Shown here piece after piece: positions 1-12,683 of a stretch of 64,000 nucleotides of DNA (position 1 is its first letter; the number at the start of each line of letters is the position of its first letter). The stretch lies in contig CAVPRQ010000013.1 of NCBI GenBank assembly GCA_963707855.1, positions 327,301-391,300 of the forward strand, written 5' to 3'. The position numbers and the translations under genes were made by a program. Source of the DNA: an uncultured Thermoleophilia bacterium (GTDB lineage: Bacteria > Actinomycetota > Thermoleophilia > UBA2241). The notes below the pieces were generated by a model. The model had not been told where the DNA came from, did no database searches, and saw only the letters and a program-made list of their open reading frames with translations.

Positions 1-600
1 CCGATGTGTCGCGATGCCCACGTCCCGATCTGCCGCCCGCGGATCAGCACCCACACGCCGATGTTGATGCTGATGAAGAGGCCGAACAGAAGACTGGCGA
101 CGCCGCTGACGACCGTGCCGATCGTGCCGGCGGCGCCGCTGACCAGACTCCTGCGCCAGGCTCTTCACCCCGGACTCGACCTGGTCGACGCTGTCGCTCG
201 GTGCGGCCGTCGAGTCGAGCGCGTCCTGGATCGAGTCCGCCGCCGCCTGCAGGTTCTCCTTGATGGTCGGCACCTGGTCGACGAGGCCGTAGAGGACGAT
301 GACCGCGATCGCGACGGCCAGGAGGATGCACAGCACGACGACGAGGAGCGCGCCAGCCAGCGTGGGATGTGGTGCCGGCCAAGCCAGTCGACGACGGGCA
401 GGAAGGCGCCGCCGAGCAGGATCGCGAAGAGCGTCGCCAGCACCAGCAGCCGCGTCGCCGCCGCCAGCGCGAGGACCCCGAGGACGACGAGGGTGACGCC
501 GACGATGATCCAGCTCCAGCGACCCGCGTCCTTCGCCCAGGGCGGCACCGCGAAGGCGCTCGTCTCTTCGGCCGTCAGCGTCCCGACGGTGGCAGCCGCG
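1..600 (-). CDS. AI-2E family transporter, N-terminal part (frameshifted, start uncertain, runs off window)
   Basis: Hydrophobic helices WSWIIVGVTLVVLGVL, LPVVDWLGRHHIPRWLA, typical AI-2E N-terminus. Confidence 0.65.
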
Positions 601-853
601 CTGTCTCCCTCTCCGTCGCTCGGGATACCCCCGCACGATGGTGCCGTCGGGCCGCGCGATGCGCCATCGTAACCTTTCGGTCAGGACGCGCAAAGCGAGC
701 GACGCCCGATCGAGCCGCGCTCGCGGGGATGCTCGCATCGCCGGCGTCGCTGAGATATGGTCATGTACCCGTGACCGGTCCGGTAAGCTCTCCAGGGAGG
801 TCCCGGCGTGCCCAGGACGGATATCGAAGAAGCACCTGCAGCGGCGCTTCCGC

Positions 854-1369
854 GTGCGTCCCTTGCTTGTGCGCTTCGTGGTGAGCGCGCTGGCCCTCGC
901 GCTCACCGCCATCGTCGTCCCCAACGTCTACATGACCGGCGAGTACCGCATCCTCTCGTGGCTGCTGATCAGCGCGGTCTTCGGGCTCCTCGTCGCCTTC
1001 GTCAAGCCGCTCATCCAGCTCCTGCTGCTGCCCTTCATCTTCGTCTCGTACGGGCTCGTGGTCGTGCTCATCAACACCTGCGTACTGTGGGTGCTGGATC
1101 TCGTCTTCCCGACCCGCTTCCAGGTCGAGAGCCTCGTCTGGGCCCTCGTCGCCGGCGCCGTGAGCGGCGCCCTGGTCGGTCTGCTCGAGAACGTCCTGGG
1201 TCTGGCGCCGCCGATCGTGCAGGACGAGCCGCCGGAGCTCAGGGAGGAGATCGACCGGCGCGCTCTGAACGTCGTCGAGAAGACGGCGCTCGCCGTGACG
1301 GGTGACGCCTCGGCCTCGATCGGAAGGAGACGGCCACCGAGCCGGATCCGGACTGGCCGGAGGAGGTGA
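854..1369 (+). CDS. 4-TM phage-holin-like membrane protein (YvlD-like)
   Basis: VKPLIQLLLLPFIFVSYGLVVVLINT motif; four TM helices. Confidence 0.75.
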   Translation: MRPLLVRFVVSALALALTAIVVPNVYMTGEYRILSWLLISAVFGLLVAFVKPLIQLLLLPFIFVSYGLVVVLINTCVLWVLDLVFPTRFQVESLVWALVAGAVSGALVGLLENVLGLAPPIVQDEPPELREEIDRRALNVVEKTALAVTGDASASIGRRRPPSRIRTGRRR

Positions 1370-1373
1370 AGCC

Positions 1374-3107
<1,734 letters not shown>

Positions 3108-3180
3108 GGCTGCGCCTGTGCGTTGCGAGACGCCCCGGCGATCCTCGCCGAGGACGTTCGTGATGGCCGAGAAGCTCCTG

Positions 3181-4680
3181 TCAGACCCCTTCGAGCGCCG
3201 CCAGTCGCCCCGACCGGATCGCGGCGAGGAAGGTCTCGTAGTCGCGCTCGTTCTGGTCCGCGTAGCGCCGGGAGAAGTCGACGATCGCCTCGTCGAACTT
3301 GTCGCTCTTGCCGAGATATGCGGCGATCGCGACCGGGTCCCCTGAGCGCGCGTGGGCACGAGCCAGCGTCCACCCGCATTGGCGGGCGTAGAACGCCAGG
3401 CCGAGCGGCTTTATGGCCTCCACGTCGGCCGAGCCCTTCATGTCGCGCAGCTGGCGCCAGTACAGATAGCGGCCCTCCTGCACGCCCTTCGTCCATCCCA
3501 GGAAGATGTCGCTCGCGGCCTGCATCATCCGCTGGCCGTGGACGACGCGAGCGCCCGGCTGATGCCGGCTCTTCGGCAGGTGGTCTTCCAGCACCGACAG
3601 CGTCGCCTCCTTGACCTGCAGGAACAGCGGGTCCTGCTGGTCGCGCCCCTGGAGCAGGACGATGAAGGCCCGCGCGCCGACACTGCCGACGCCCACGACC
3701 TTGCGCGCCATGTCGACGATCTCGAAGCGCTCGAGAAGATGGCGGCGATCGGACTGGAGCGTCGCGCGGTAGGCGCGGAACTGCCGGCGGACCACGTGCT
3801 GGAGCTCGTCGGCCGAGATGCCGTACGTCGCCTGAAGATCGCGGGCGGGGATGACGACGGGGGGCTGGCTGACGATCCTGTACTTGCCGTCGACGAGCTC
3901 CGCGAGCTTGGCGAGGGCCTGCATGCTGTCGCGCGTCCGGGCCTTCTGCATGCCCTTCTCCAGGCGCCGGGCGTGCGTCTCGGGCGACGGCTGCCGGACC
4001 TGTACGGCGGGCGGTCGCTTCGTCGGCTTCTTCTTCGTCGCTCCGGCCGGCTTCTGCGTCTTGCCCTTCGCCGTCGCCGCAGTCGCGAACGCGCTGAGGG
4101 CCGCGGTCATGTCGGTGTCGGAGAGGCGCGCGTACCAGATGTCGAGGACGCGCGTCGCGGCGAACTCGGCCATGGCTTCGCGATAGGCGCCCGCCGCCGC
4201 GAGGGTCACGTCGCGCGTCTCGGCCTTGCTGAAGCCGTTGTGGCGCGCGGCGATCGTGAAACTCGCCGCCATTCGTTTGACGTCGTACTCGAACGGGCCG
4301 GGCAGCGTCTCGTCGAAGTCGTTGAGGTCGAAGAGGAGGGTGCGTTCCGGCGACGCGAAGACGCCGAAGTTCGAGAGGTGCGCGTCGCCGCAGAGCTGGA
4401 CGGTCAACCCTGCCCTGGGGGTGTCCTTGAGGTCGGCGGCCATGATCTTCGCCGCGCCCCGGAAGAACGTGAACGGAGAGACCATCATGCGCCCGTGACG
4501 CACGGGCACGAGATCGGCGTCGCGGGTGGCGTTCTGGGCCTCGAGCAGGGCGACGGGGTCGGGGCGGTCAGCGACCGGCTTCCACGTGGCGTGGTTCTCC
4601 GGCGCCGCCGTGGCGCGCGCCTGTTTGCCGAGCGCCCGGCGTTCGTCGAGGCTCAGGTGGACTATCTTCCTCGGTTCCAT
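3181..4680 (-). CDS. DUF2252 family kinase-like protein
   Basis: RHGRMMVSPFTFFRGAA, CGDAHLSNFG, FDLNDFDET, KVVGVGSVG. Confidence 0.9.
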   Translation of the reverse strand: MEPRKIVHLSLDERRALGKQARATAAPENHATWKPVADRPDPVALLEAQNATRDADLVPVRHGRMMVSPFTFFRGAAKIMAADLKDTPRAGLTVQLCGDAHLSNFGVFASPERTLLFDLNDFDETLPGPFEYDVKRMAASFTIAARHNGFSKAETRDVTLAAAGAYREAMAEFAATRVLDIWYARLSDTDMTAALSAFATAATAKGKTQKPAGATKKKPTKRPPAVQVRQPSPETHARRLEKGMQKARTRDSMQALAKLAELVDGKYRIVSQPPVVIPARDLQATYGISADELQHVVRRQFRAYRATLQSDRRHLLERFEIVDMARKVVGVGSVGARAFIVLLQGRDQQDPLFLQVKEATLSVLEDHLPKSRHQPGARVVHGQRMMQAASDIFLGWTKGVQEGRYLYWRQLRDMKGSADVEAIKPLGLAFYARQCGWTLARAHARSGDPVAIAAYLGKSDKFDEAIVDFSRRYADQNERDYETFLAAIRSGRLAALEGV

Positions 4681-4953
4681 GAGAGGGGACCTCCCCGGTC
4701 GGCCGTGTCCGCGTGCCGGGTACTCTACTCCCGGCCGCGTGTCTGAGGGTGGCCTGGGCCTCAGTCCTGCGCGCGCCTCAGGCGTCGGGGCCGATCTCGG
4801 CGCCGATCGCCGGCAGGTCATCGGAGTGAAGCCAGTCGTCGGCCGACGGAGGGCACGCCGCCCACATCCTGAGGGCGTAGCGCTGCGGGATCGCCCAGGT
4901 GCGCTTGGGAAGGCGACGGCGGCGGGCGCCGCCGGCGTCGGGGACGGTGCCGG

Positions 4954-5383
4954 TCACGGCTCGCAGGCGGCGCCCTTCTCGAAGCGCATCTTGCACATCG
5001 CGTACTCCTCGGGCACGGCGATCGGGTAGTCGCCGGTGAAGCAGGCGCGGCAGAACTGCGTCTCGGGGAGGCCGGTGCTGGCCTGGAGGCCTTCGAGCGT
5101 GAGGTAGTGCAGGGTGGTGGCGCCGACCTTGCGGCGGATCTCGTCGACCGTCATGTCGGCGGCGATGAGCTCGGCGCGGGTCGCCATGTCGATGCCGTAG
5201 AAGCAGGGCCACTTGATGGGCGGCGAGCTGATGCGCAGGTGGACCTCCCTGGCCCCGGCGCCCATCAGCATGTCGACGAGCTTGGTGGTCGTGTTGGCGC
5301 GCACGATCGAGTCGTCGACGACCACGAGGCGCTTGCCCCTGATGACCGAGGTGAGCGGGTTGAGCTTCATGCGGATGCCGCGC
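4954..5383 (-). pseudogene. purF: 5'-truncated duplicate of the purF 3' end (PRTase domain only)
   Basis: Colinear with 14473-14902 at constant offset 9519; about 15 substitutions counted by eye; VVVDDSIVR motif; no glutaminase domain. Confidence 0.9.
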
Positions 5384-5462
5384 ACCTTCGCGTCGTAGGC
5401 TTACCCCTGCAGCTTGCAGGTGGCGCGCGGGAAGCCGGGCAGGCGCCCCGTCCACGTGTCTC

Positions 5463-6608
5463 TCACGCCTGCCTCGCGGCCAGCGTCACCTCGACGCTGA
5501 GGGGCCGCCCGTCCCTCAGCAGGTCGACCGTGACCGTCTCACCGGGCTCGCGTTGGACGATCTGCGCGGCCAGTTCCTCGGAGCTCGCGATCGAGTGCCC
5601 GTCGATGGCGGTGATCACGTCGCCGCCCACGACGAACGGCTGTCCCTGCAGAAGCACCTCACGGCTGCCGCCGCGGATGTCGGCCTTGGCCGCGGGACTG
5701 CCGGGCGTCACGCGGACGACCAGGAGGCCGTGGTCCGCCTCGACGCCCAGCACGTGGGCCAGCTCGGCGGTCAGGCCGTGTCCTGAGGCGCCGAGGTAGG
5801 CGTAGCTGACTTCGCCCGTCGCCTTGAACTGGTCCATGACCCGCACGGCGGTCTCGATCGGGACGGCGAAGCCGAGACCCTGGCTGCCGCCCGATTGGGT
5901 CATGATCTGCGTGTTGACACCGATCACCTCGCCCGCGGAGTCGATCAGCGGTCCGCCAGAGTTGCCCGAGTTGATCGCCGCGTCCGTCTGGATGCCGTTC
6001 GGAATGACCATGCCGTTCGGCGACGTGAGGTTGCGGCCGGTGGCCGAGACGATGCCGGACGTGACCGTGAACGAGAGGCCCAAGGGGTTGCCGATGGCGG
6101 TCACCGGCTCGCCCACGCGCAGGCTCGCGGACTCGCCCAGCGGCAGCGGGTCGAGCGACGGCGCGTCCTCGGGGTCGATCTTGAGCAGTGCCACGTCGCT
6201 GTTCTCGTCGCTGCCGACGAGTTCGGCGCTCACCTGTGCGCTCGCCGGGTCCGTGCCGGACTGCGTCCTGAACACCACGACGATCGCCGAGGCGTCCCAC
6301 CCGTCCCTGGTCACGACGTGGGCGTTGGTGATGATGTCGCCCTCGCGCGACACGAGGAAGCCGGACCCCAAGCCCGACCCGCCTCCCGCCGCGTCGGCCT
6401 GCGGGAAACTGGCGCGCACCTCGACGACGCCCGCGGCGCTCTGCTCGAACACCTCCATGGGAGTCAGGGTGCCCCTCGACGCGGTGCTCTCGCCGCCGCC
6501 GCCGGCCGTCACGGCGACGACGCCGGTCACGATGAGGACCAGGGCGACGAGCGCGGCGATGAGCGCCCCGGCGAGGAGCAGCGCCACTCTGGATGTCGAT
6601 CTGCTCAC
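5463..6608 (-). CDS. HtrA/DegP-like serine protease with PDZ domain
   Basis: ITNAHVV, DVALLK, IQTDAAINSGNSGGPL; N-terminal TM helix. Confidence 0.92.
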   Translation of the reverse strand: MSRSTSRVALLLAGALIAALVALVLIVTGVVAVTAGGGGESTASRGTLTPMEVFEQSAAGVVEVRASFPQADAAGGGSGLGSGFLVSREGDIITNAHVVTRDGWDASAIVVVFRTQSGTDPASAQVSAELVGSDENSDVALLKIDPEDAPSLDPLPLGESASLRVGEPVTAIGNPLGLSFTVTSGIVSATGRNLTSPNGMVIPNGIQTDAAINSGNSGGPLIDSAGEVIGVNTQIMTQSGGSQGLGFAVPIETAVRVMDQFKATGEVSYAYLGASGHGLTAELAHVLGVEADHGLLVVRVTPGSPAAKADIRGGSREVLLQGQPFVVGGDVITAIDGHSIASSEELAAQIVQREPGETVTVDLLRDGRPLSVEVTLAARQA

Positions 6609-6690
6609 GCCGCCTCCTTCTCGTGCACGTCACAGGTCACATGCGTGCTGTAGCGGGCTCGTCGGGGCGGCGACAGCGTGCCGTCCGCCA

Positions 6691-8256
6691 TCAGAACGAC
6701 CAGAAGACGGGCACGACGAACGTGCCGACGAGGCCGAAGAGGAGCAGCAGGGGCAGACCGAGCTTCCAGTAGTCGCCAAAGCGGTACCCGGCCGGGTCCA
6801 TCACCATGAGGTTGCCCGGCGTGGCGACCGGGGTGATGAAGGCGGCGGCGGCGAACACGGCGACGGCCATCAGCACGGGCCGGCCGGAGACGCCCATGTC
6901 GGTGGCGGCCGCGAGGGCGATCGGAAACACGATGAGGGCCGTCGCCATGTTGCTGATCAGCTGGCCGAGCCCGGCGGTGATCACGAAGAGGCCGGCGAGC
7001 AGGGCGTAGGGCCCCGCGTCGCCGACGAGCGCGACGAGGCCGTCGGCGAGCTTGGTGGCGGCCCCGCTCTCGACCATGCCCGCGGAGAGCGCCATCATGC
7101 CCCCGACGAGGATGATCGTGGTCCAGTTGACGCCGCGATAGGCCTGCTCCACCGTGACGACGCGCAAGAGGACCATGGCAAGGGCCGCGAGCAGGCCCGC
7201 GACGGCGGCGGGCACCAGGCCGGTCGCGAGCAGGACGATCATGGCCGCGAGTACGGCGATCGCGCGCCACGCGCCCGGACCGAGCGGCACCGCCTGGCGC
7301 CGCACGAGCGCAGGCTCGTCGACGGCGATGACGTTCGGGTCCTGCAGGCCGTCCTCGAGAGCGTCCCAGGGGCCTCGGAGCAGCAGGGTGTCGCCGGCGC
7401 ACAGGTGCCACGCGCCATCCACGTCCTGGCCTTTGTGCTGAACGGCAGCCACGACCAGCTTGCCGCTCTCCGTAGTCATCCCCGGGTACACCGCGTCGCC
7501 GATGTAGTCCGAGCGCGGCGGGATCATCACTTCGGCGGCCCCGAGCTGCCTGGTCATGAGCGCGGGGTCGCCGCCGTCCTCGAGTCCATAATGCTCGGCG
7601 AGCACGGCGGCATGTCCGCTGAAGTCGCGCAGGGCCTGGCGGGGCCGGCGGGTCGGCAGAAGCCGGCCGCCAAGGAGGACGACGAGGACGACCGTCCCGG
7701 CGACGAGCGGCACGCCGGCGAGCGTGAAATCGAAGAGGCCGAAAGCCCCGAGCCCTGCTTCTTCCGCGTAGTCCGAGACCAGCAGGTTGACCGGTGAGCC
7801 GGTGAGGAGCAGCAGCGAGCCGGCGTGCGCGGCGAAGGCGAGCGGCATGAGCAGCTCTGACGGCGAGCGCCGCGCGCGCACGGCGATCACGACGCCCACC
7901 GGCACCAGCGCGGCTACGGCGCCGTTGACGCTGATGAGCGCCGTCAGGAGCGCCGCCAGCAGCATCACCAGCACCAGAAGCCGGCTGCGGCCTTCCCCGA
8001 CGCGCGCCATGACCTGCTCGCCCGCCCATGCCGTCACTCCCGTCGCGTCAAGGGCCTCGCTGACCACGAAGAGCGCGGCGATGAACAGCACCGTCGGGTC
8101 GCCGAAGCCCGCGAACGCCTGCTGGAGGTCGATCACCCCGGTCGCCCACAACGAGAGCGCCACGCCGAGGGCGACGATCGCCACCGGGACGCGGTCCCAG
8201 ATGAAGACGCCGACCGTCACCGCCAGGACGGCGAACGTGATGGCGGTGTCGCTCAC
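6691..8256 (-). CDS. SLC13 family permease with TrkA-C domain
   Basis: LLLTGSPVNL, LISNMATALI, TPVATPGNLMV, YRFGDYWKLG. Confidence 0.9.
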   Translation of the reverse strand: MSDTAITFAVLAVTVGVFIWDRVPVAIVALGVALSLWATGVIDLQQAFAGFGDPTVLFIAALFVVSEALDATGVTAWAGEQVMARVGEGRSRLLVLVMLLAALLTALISVNGAVAALVPVGVVIAVRARRSPSELLMPLAFAAHAGSLLLLTGSPVNLLVSDYAEEAGLGAFGLFDFTLAGVPLVAGTVVLVVLLGGRLLPTRRPRQALRDFSGHAAVLAEHYGLEDGGDPALMTRQLGAAEVMIPPRSDYIGDAVYPGMTTESGKLVVAAVQHKGQDVDGAWHLCAGDTLLLRGPWDALEDGLQDPNVIAVDEPALVRRQAVPLGPGAWRAIAVLAAMIVLLATGLVPAAVAGLLAALAMVLLRVVTVEQAYRGVNWTTIILVGGMMALSAGMVESGAATKLADGLVALVGDAGPYALLAGLFVITAGLGQLISNMATALIVFPIALAAATDMGVSGRPVLMAVAVFAAAAFITPVATPGNLMVMDPAGYRFGDYWKLGLPLLLLFGLVGTFVVPVFWSF

Positions 8257-8260
8257 AGGC

Positions 8261-9932
8261 CTACGTGCCGAGACCCCACGGGAGGCCGAGCAGATACCAG
8301 GCCAGGAAGAAGACGGTCCACGCGACGGTCAGGATGACGAAGAAGGGCAGCATCAGCGCGATGACCGTCCCTATGCCCGAGCGGCGGTCGTAGCGCGAGG
8401 CGAAGACCACGATGAGCGGGAAGTAGGCCATGATCGGCGTGACGATGTTCGAGGGCGAGTCGCCGACCCTGTAGGCGGCCAGGACCGCCTCGGGCGCTAT
8501 GCCAAGGCGCATGAAGAGCGGGATGAAGATCGGCGCGAGGAGCGCCCACTTGGCGATCGCCTGCGGCATGATGAAGTTGGACAGGAGCGAGACCACGATC
8601 ACCGCGACCAGAAGCCAGGCGCTCCCGATGTCGGCGCTCTCGACGAGGTCCCCCAGGCGGACGGCGGCAACCTGCGGGACGTTGGAGTAGTTGAAGTAGG
8701 CGATGAACTGGGCGATGAGCAGGAAGAGCAGGAGCAGCCCAGCCAGTCCGGCCCACGACTTGGTGACGGCGCCGATCACGTCGGTGCTGCTCTTGAGCGT
8801 GCCGGCGCCGCGGCCGTAGCCGAGGCCCGCCGCCAGGAAGAGCAGCGCGATGATCACGATCAGGCTGTCCATGAACGGCGACGTGCCGATGATGCTGCCC
8901 GTGTCGGGGTCGCGCAGCGGGCCGCCGGGCGGCGCGGTGAGCAGGGCGACGACGGCGACGGCCGCGAGCAGGCCGAGCCCGGCCCAGCGCAGCCCCCGCT
9001 TGTCGGCCTCGGGCGTGATCTCAGTGGTCTCCTCCGGCGCGTCGTCGCGCTCCTGGCCGGCCGGCGCCAGCGAGACGTCGTACGCGCCCAGGCGCGGCTC
9101 CACGAGGCGCGCGCTGACGAGCGAGAGGACGATGGTGACGAAGACCGTGGAGGCGATGCCGAACCAGAGGTTCGCGGTGAGGTCGATGGCGATCGATGGG
9201 TCGACGAGACCGATGGCCTCGTTCGTGATCTCGGTGAGGACCGCGTCGATGGGCGTGATCAGGAGGTTCACGCCGAAGCCGCCGGCGACGCCGGCGAAGG
9301 CGGCGGCGATGCCGGCCAGGGGGTGCCGCCCCACGCTCTTGAACGCCGCGGCGCCGAGGGGGATGAGCACGAGGTAGCCCGCGTCCGACGCGATGCTCGA
9401 GATGACGCCCAGGAACACGATGATGTACGTCAGGGCGCCGACGGACGAGACGGCGACCAGCTTACGGATGAGCGCCGCGATGAGTCCCGAGAGCCTCGGC
9501 TACGCCGACGCCGATCATCACGATGAGGATGATCCCCATTGCCGTGAAGCCCATGAAGTTGCTCACGAACGAGGTGAAGAGAAAGCGGATGCCGTCGGCC
9601 GAGAGCAGGCTCTGGACCTCGGCCGTCTCCGTGACGACGGCGTAGTCCTCCGCGTCGGCGCGCTCCCCCGGCAGCCTCTCCCCCGGCATCACCGAGCCGC
9701 CGATGTCGTACTCCTCGACCGCGACGGGGGGTGGCTTTATCACCTCGTAGGTGGCGCTTACGCCGGCCCACGCCAGGATCTGCGAGAGCACGATGATGAT
9801 GACGATGAGGGCGAGGAAGAGGAGGGCGGGATGTGGGACCTTGTTGCCCACCCGCTCGATCCCGTCGAGCATGCGCTGCAGGATGCCGCCCTTCGGCGCG
9901 TCCCGGGGCAGCGTTGCGGCGTCGTCACTCAT
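8261..9932 (-). CDS. AbgT family transporter (frameshifted)
   Basis: IERVGNKVPHP, GRHPLAGIAAAFAGVAGGF, AAYRVGDSPSNIVTP. Confidence 0.9.
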
Positions 9933-11329
9933 GCCTGTCCCCCTTCCGCGTGCGCGGCGCCCAGGCGCCCGAACAGATCGGCCTCGGCGAGCGTCGCCTT
10001 CTCGAACTCGTCGAGCAGCACACGCTCGTTCGGCCCGTGGATGTTGGCGTAGCCGTCGGTCGTGCCGACGAGCAGGATGTCGGCGTCGGGCACAGCGTGC
10101 GCCAGCGAACTGACCAGCGGGATCGAGCCGCCGCTGCCGACCATCACGGTCTCGGCGCCCCAGGCGGCGGACCACGCCGCGCGCGCCGCCTCGTAGGCCG
10201 GGCTGTCGGTGCGCGCGGCGAAGCCGTTGCCGGTCGCTCCGGCCGTCACCTCGAGCTGGATGCCGTACGGCAGCGCCGCGCGCAGGTGCTCCATCAGCGC
10301 GTCCTGCGCCTCGGCGGCGTCCTGCTCGGGGTGCACGCGCAGGTTCATGAGCGCGCGCGCGTACGGCGAGACCGCGTTGAGCGCGCCGTCCACGCTGGGC
10401 ACGTCGACGCCGATCACCGTGATGGCCGGTCCCGACCAGACGCGCGAGCCGAGGTCGCCGGAGCCGAAGAGCGGCAGGCCGGCCTCGACCTCCGCCAGCG
10501 AGCGGAACTCGTCCTCGGTGGGGCCGCCGCCGGGCCAGGGGTTCCGCAGGAGCCCCTTCACGGCGACGTCCCCGTTGGCGTCGTGCAGGGTCGACAGGGC
10601 GCGGATGAGCGCGAGGAGCGCGTCGGGCGCCGCGCCCCCGTACTGGCCGCTGTGCTTGCCTGACGCCAACGTGCGGACCTCGACGGTGACGTTTGCCATA
10701 CCGCGGAGCGCGACGGTGTGGGTCGGGACGCCGGCACGGACGCTGCCCATGTCGCCGATGACCATGACGTCGGCGGCGAAGAGCTCGGGGTGCTCCTCAG
10801 GGTACCCGAGCAGCGCGCCGCCGCCGACCTCCTCCTGGCCCTCGATGACCAGCCTGATACCCACCGGCGGACGTCCGTCCCAGGCGCGCAGGGCGCCCAC
10901 GTGGGCGAGGATGTTCGACTTGGTGTCGGCGGCGCCACGCCCGTACATCGCCCCGTCGCGGACGACGGGCTCGAAGGGCGCCGTGGTCCATTCGCTCTCG
11001 TCGCCGGCTCCCACGACGTCGTAGTGGCTGTAGAGGAGGACGGTCGGCGCGCCCTCCGGCGCCGGGCTGCCGCCGACCACGATCGGCGCCGTGTCCGGCA
11101 GTTCGATCGAGGCCAGGTCCTGACAGCCCGCGTCCCGGAACAGTCGAAGGACCGCCTCGTGGGCGCGCCGCAAGTCGGGCCGCGTGTGCTCGGGGTACCC
11201 TGCTTCGGAGATGGAGGGTATGGCAACGAGTTCGGCGAGCTCCTCCGTGAGCCGCGGCATCAGACCCCGCACCTTATCCGGCAGGGCAGGACCTGCACCG
11301 GCGGCCGGGTCGCGGACGTCGCTTGCCAT
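9929..11329 (-). CDS. M20 family metallo-dipeptidase
   Basis: YSHYDVV, GRGAADTK, EGQEE, HSGQYGG, IHGPNE. Confidence 0.9.
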   Translation of the reverse strand: MASDVRDPAAGAGPALPDKVRGLMPRLTEELAELVAIPSISEAGYPEHTRPDLRRAHEAVLRLFRDAGCQDLASIELPDTAPIVVGGSPAPEGAPTVLLYSHYDVVGAGDESEWTTAPFEPVVRDGAMYGRGAADTKSNILAHVGALRAWDGRPPVGIRLVIEGQEEVGGGALLGYPEEHPELFAADVMVIGDMGSVRAGVPTHTVALRGMANVTVEVRTLASGKHSGQYGGAAPDALLALIRALSTLHDANGDVAVKGLLRNPWPGGGPTEDEFRSLAEVEAGLPLFGSGDLGSRVWSGPAITVIGVDVPSVDGALNAVSPYARALMNLRVHPEQDAAEAQDALMEHLRAALPYGIQLEVTAGATGNGFAARTDSPAYEAARAAWSAAWGAETVMVGSGGSIPLVSSLAHAVPDADILLVGTTDGYANIHGPNERVLLDEFEKATLAEADLFGRLGAAHAEGGQA

Positions 11330-11552
11330 CGGTCGTCTCCTCGCGTCGGACCCAGGTCTCGGCCTGGGCGCTGGCCTCGGACGGCCGGTGGCGGCGCCTG
11401 CGTCGCGCGCGGACGGCAGCGCCAGAAGACGGACCGGCGCGACGGCCGTACATTGCCCCGAGGCGAATCGGGAGTGGTTTTACCCGCCTTGTCCTCAGTC
11501 TGTCAAGGGGAGGCGACGCTTGATCGGGCTGTCGCGGCGGCGCGAGGCCGGC

Positions 11553-12602
11553 TCAGGTCTCGGGCCGGGAGGCGAACAGGTCGAGCCCGAGGCGTCGTGA
11601 GAGGAAGCGCGCCGCGAGCTGCCCCTTGACGCTGTTGCCGGCGGCGTCGAGCGGCGGCGCGAAGGTCCCGAGCCCGCCCTTGCCGGGCGCGATGGTGACG
11701 ATGCCGCCGCCGATGCCGCTCTTGCCGGGCAGGCCGACGTCGTACAGCCAGTCTCCCGACGTCTCGTAGAGCCCGGCCGTCATCATGACGGCGAGCACGT
11801 GGTGGCACAGGGCCTGGTCGACGACCCGCTCGCCGGTCAGCGGGTTCACGCCGCCGTCGGCCAGCGTGGCGCCCATGACGGCGAGATCCTTCGCCGTCAC
11901 CGCCAGGCAGCTCTGTCGCGTGTAGAGGTCGAGCGCCTGGGCAGCGTCGAAGTAAAGGCGGCCGCGGCGCTCCAGCAACGCGGCGAGTTCGCGGTTACGG
12001 TGGTTGGTGGCCGAGGCCGACGCGTACGTCTCCTCGTCCAGCTCGAGCGGACGGCCGGCGAAGCGCGAGAGGCCGTCGCGGAGAGCCTGCCACTTCTCGT
12101 CGGGGGTCTGTCCGGGGATCAAGCTGGTGGTCGCGATGGCGCCGGGGTTCACCATCGGGTTCGTCCGGCCGTCGGCGCTCCGTTCGACGGCCTCGAGGGC
12201 GTTGAAGGGCAGTCCGGTCGCGTTCACCCCCAGCCGCTCGCGGGCTTCCTCGGCGCCGACCGCCTGGCAGACGAGGGCGAAGACGAAGGGCTTGGCGACA
12301 CTCATGATGGTGAACGGCGTCTCCACGTCCCCGGCCCCGTGCACGGCGCCGTTCGTGCCGACGACGCAGACGCCGAACGCCTTCCGACGCGCCCGCGCCA
12401 AGGCCGGGTAGACCTCGGAGTTGGCGCCCTCGTCGTTCGTGCGGAAACGCTCGTAGGCCGCGGTCACCTGGTCCTGGACCGCGGCGGGCTCCGGGAGCCG
12501 CCCGGTGGAGACGAAACCGGGATCGCCGCCCTCATCCTCGAGACGCGGCACGGGTTCCCGCGGCTGCGTCAGCCGCCGGTCATCCGACATCGAGTCAGTC
12601 AT
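11553..12602 (-). CDS. glsA: Glutaminase A
   Basis: TIMSVAKPF (SxxK), NPMVNPGAI, GLYETSG, PGKSGIGGG. Confidence 0.92.
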   Translation of the reverse strand: MTDSMSDDRRLTQPREPVPRLEDEGGDPGFVSTGRLPEPAAVQDQVTAAYERFRTNDEGANSEVYPALARARRKAFGVCVVGTNGAVHGAGDVETPFTIMSVAKPFVFALVCQAVGAEEARERLGVNATGLPFNALEAVERSADGRTNPMVNPGAIATTSLIPGQTPDEKWQALRDGLSRFAGRPLELDEETYASASATNHRNRELAALLERRGRLYFDAAQALDLYTRQSCLAVTAKDLAVMGATLADGGVNPLTGERVVDQALCHHVLAVMMTAGLYETSGDWLYDVGLPGKSGIGGGIVTIAPGKGGLGTFAPPLDAAGNSVKGQLAARFLSRRLGLDLFASRPET

Positions 12603-12683
12603 CGCGTTCCCTGCCTTCGTGGTCCCCGCGGCCCTGCGGGGTCTGCGCGCTTCGACGGCTGCCTGCCGACGCCCCGCGAGGAT

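Noticed and set aside
698-751. Imperfect hairpin in the divergent intergenic region
   Set aside because: A 9-bp outer stem is unremarkable at this GC content and has no known RNA motif
854-1369. Holin-family gene as evidence of a prophage
   Set aside because: This family is common in chromosomes and there are no other phage genes in the window
4778-4957. Short ORF overlapping the stop of the purF duplicate
   Set aside because: No purM similarity or other recognisable motif; Arg/Ala-rich and unsupported
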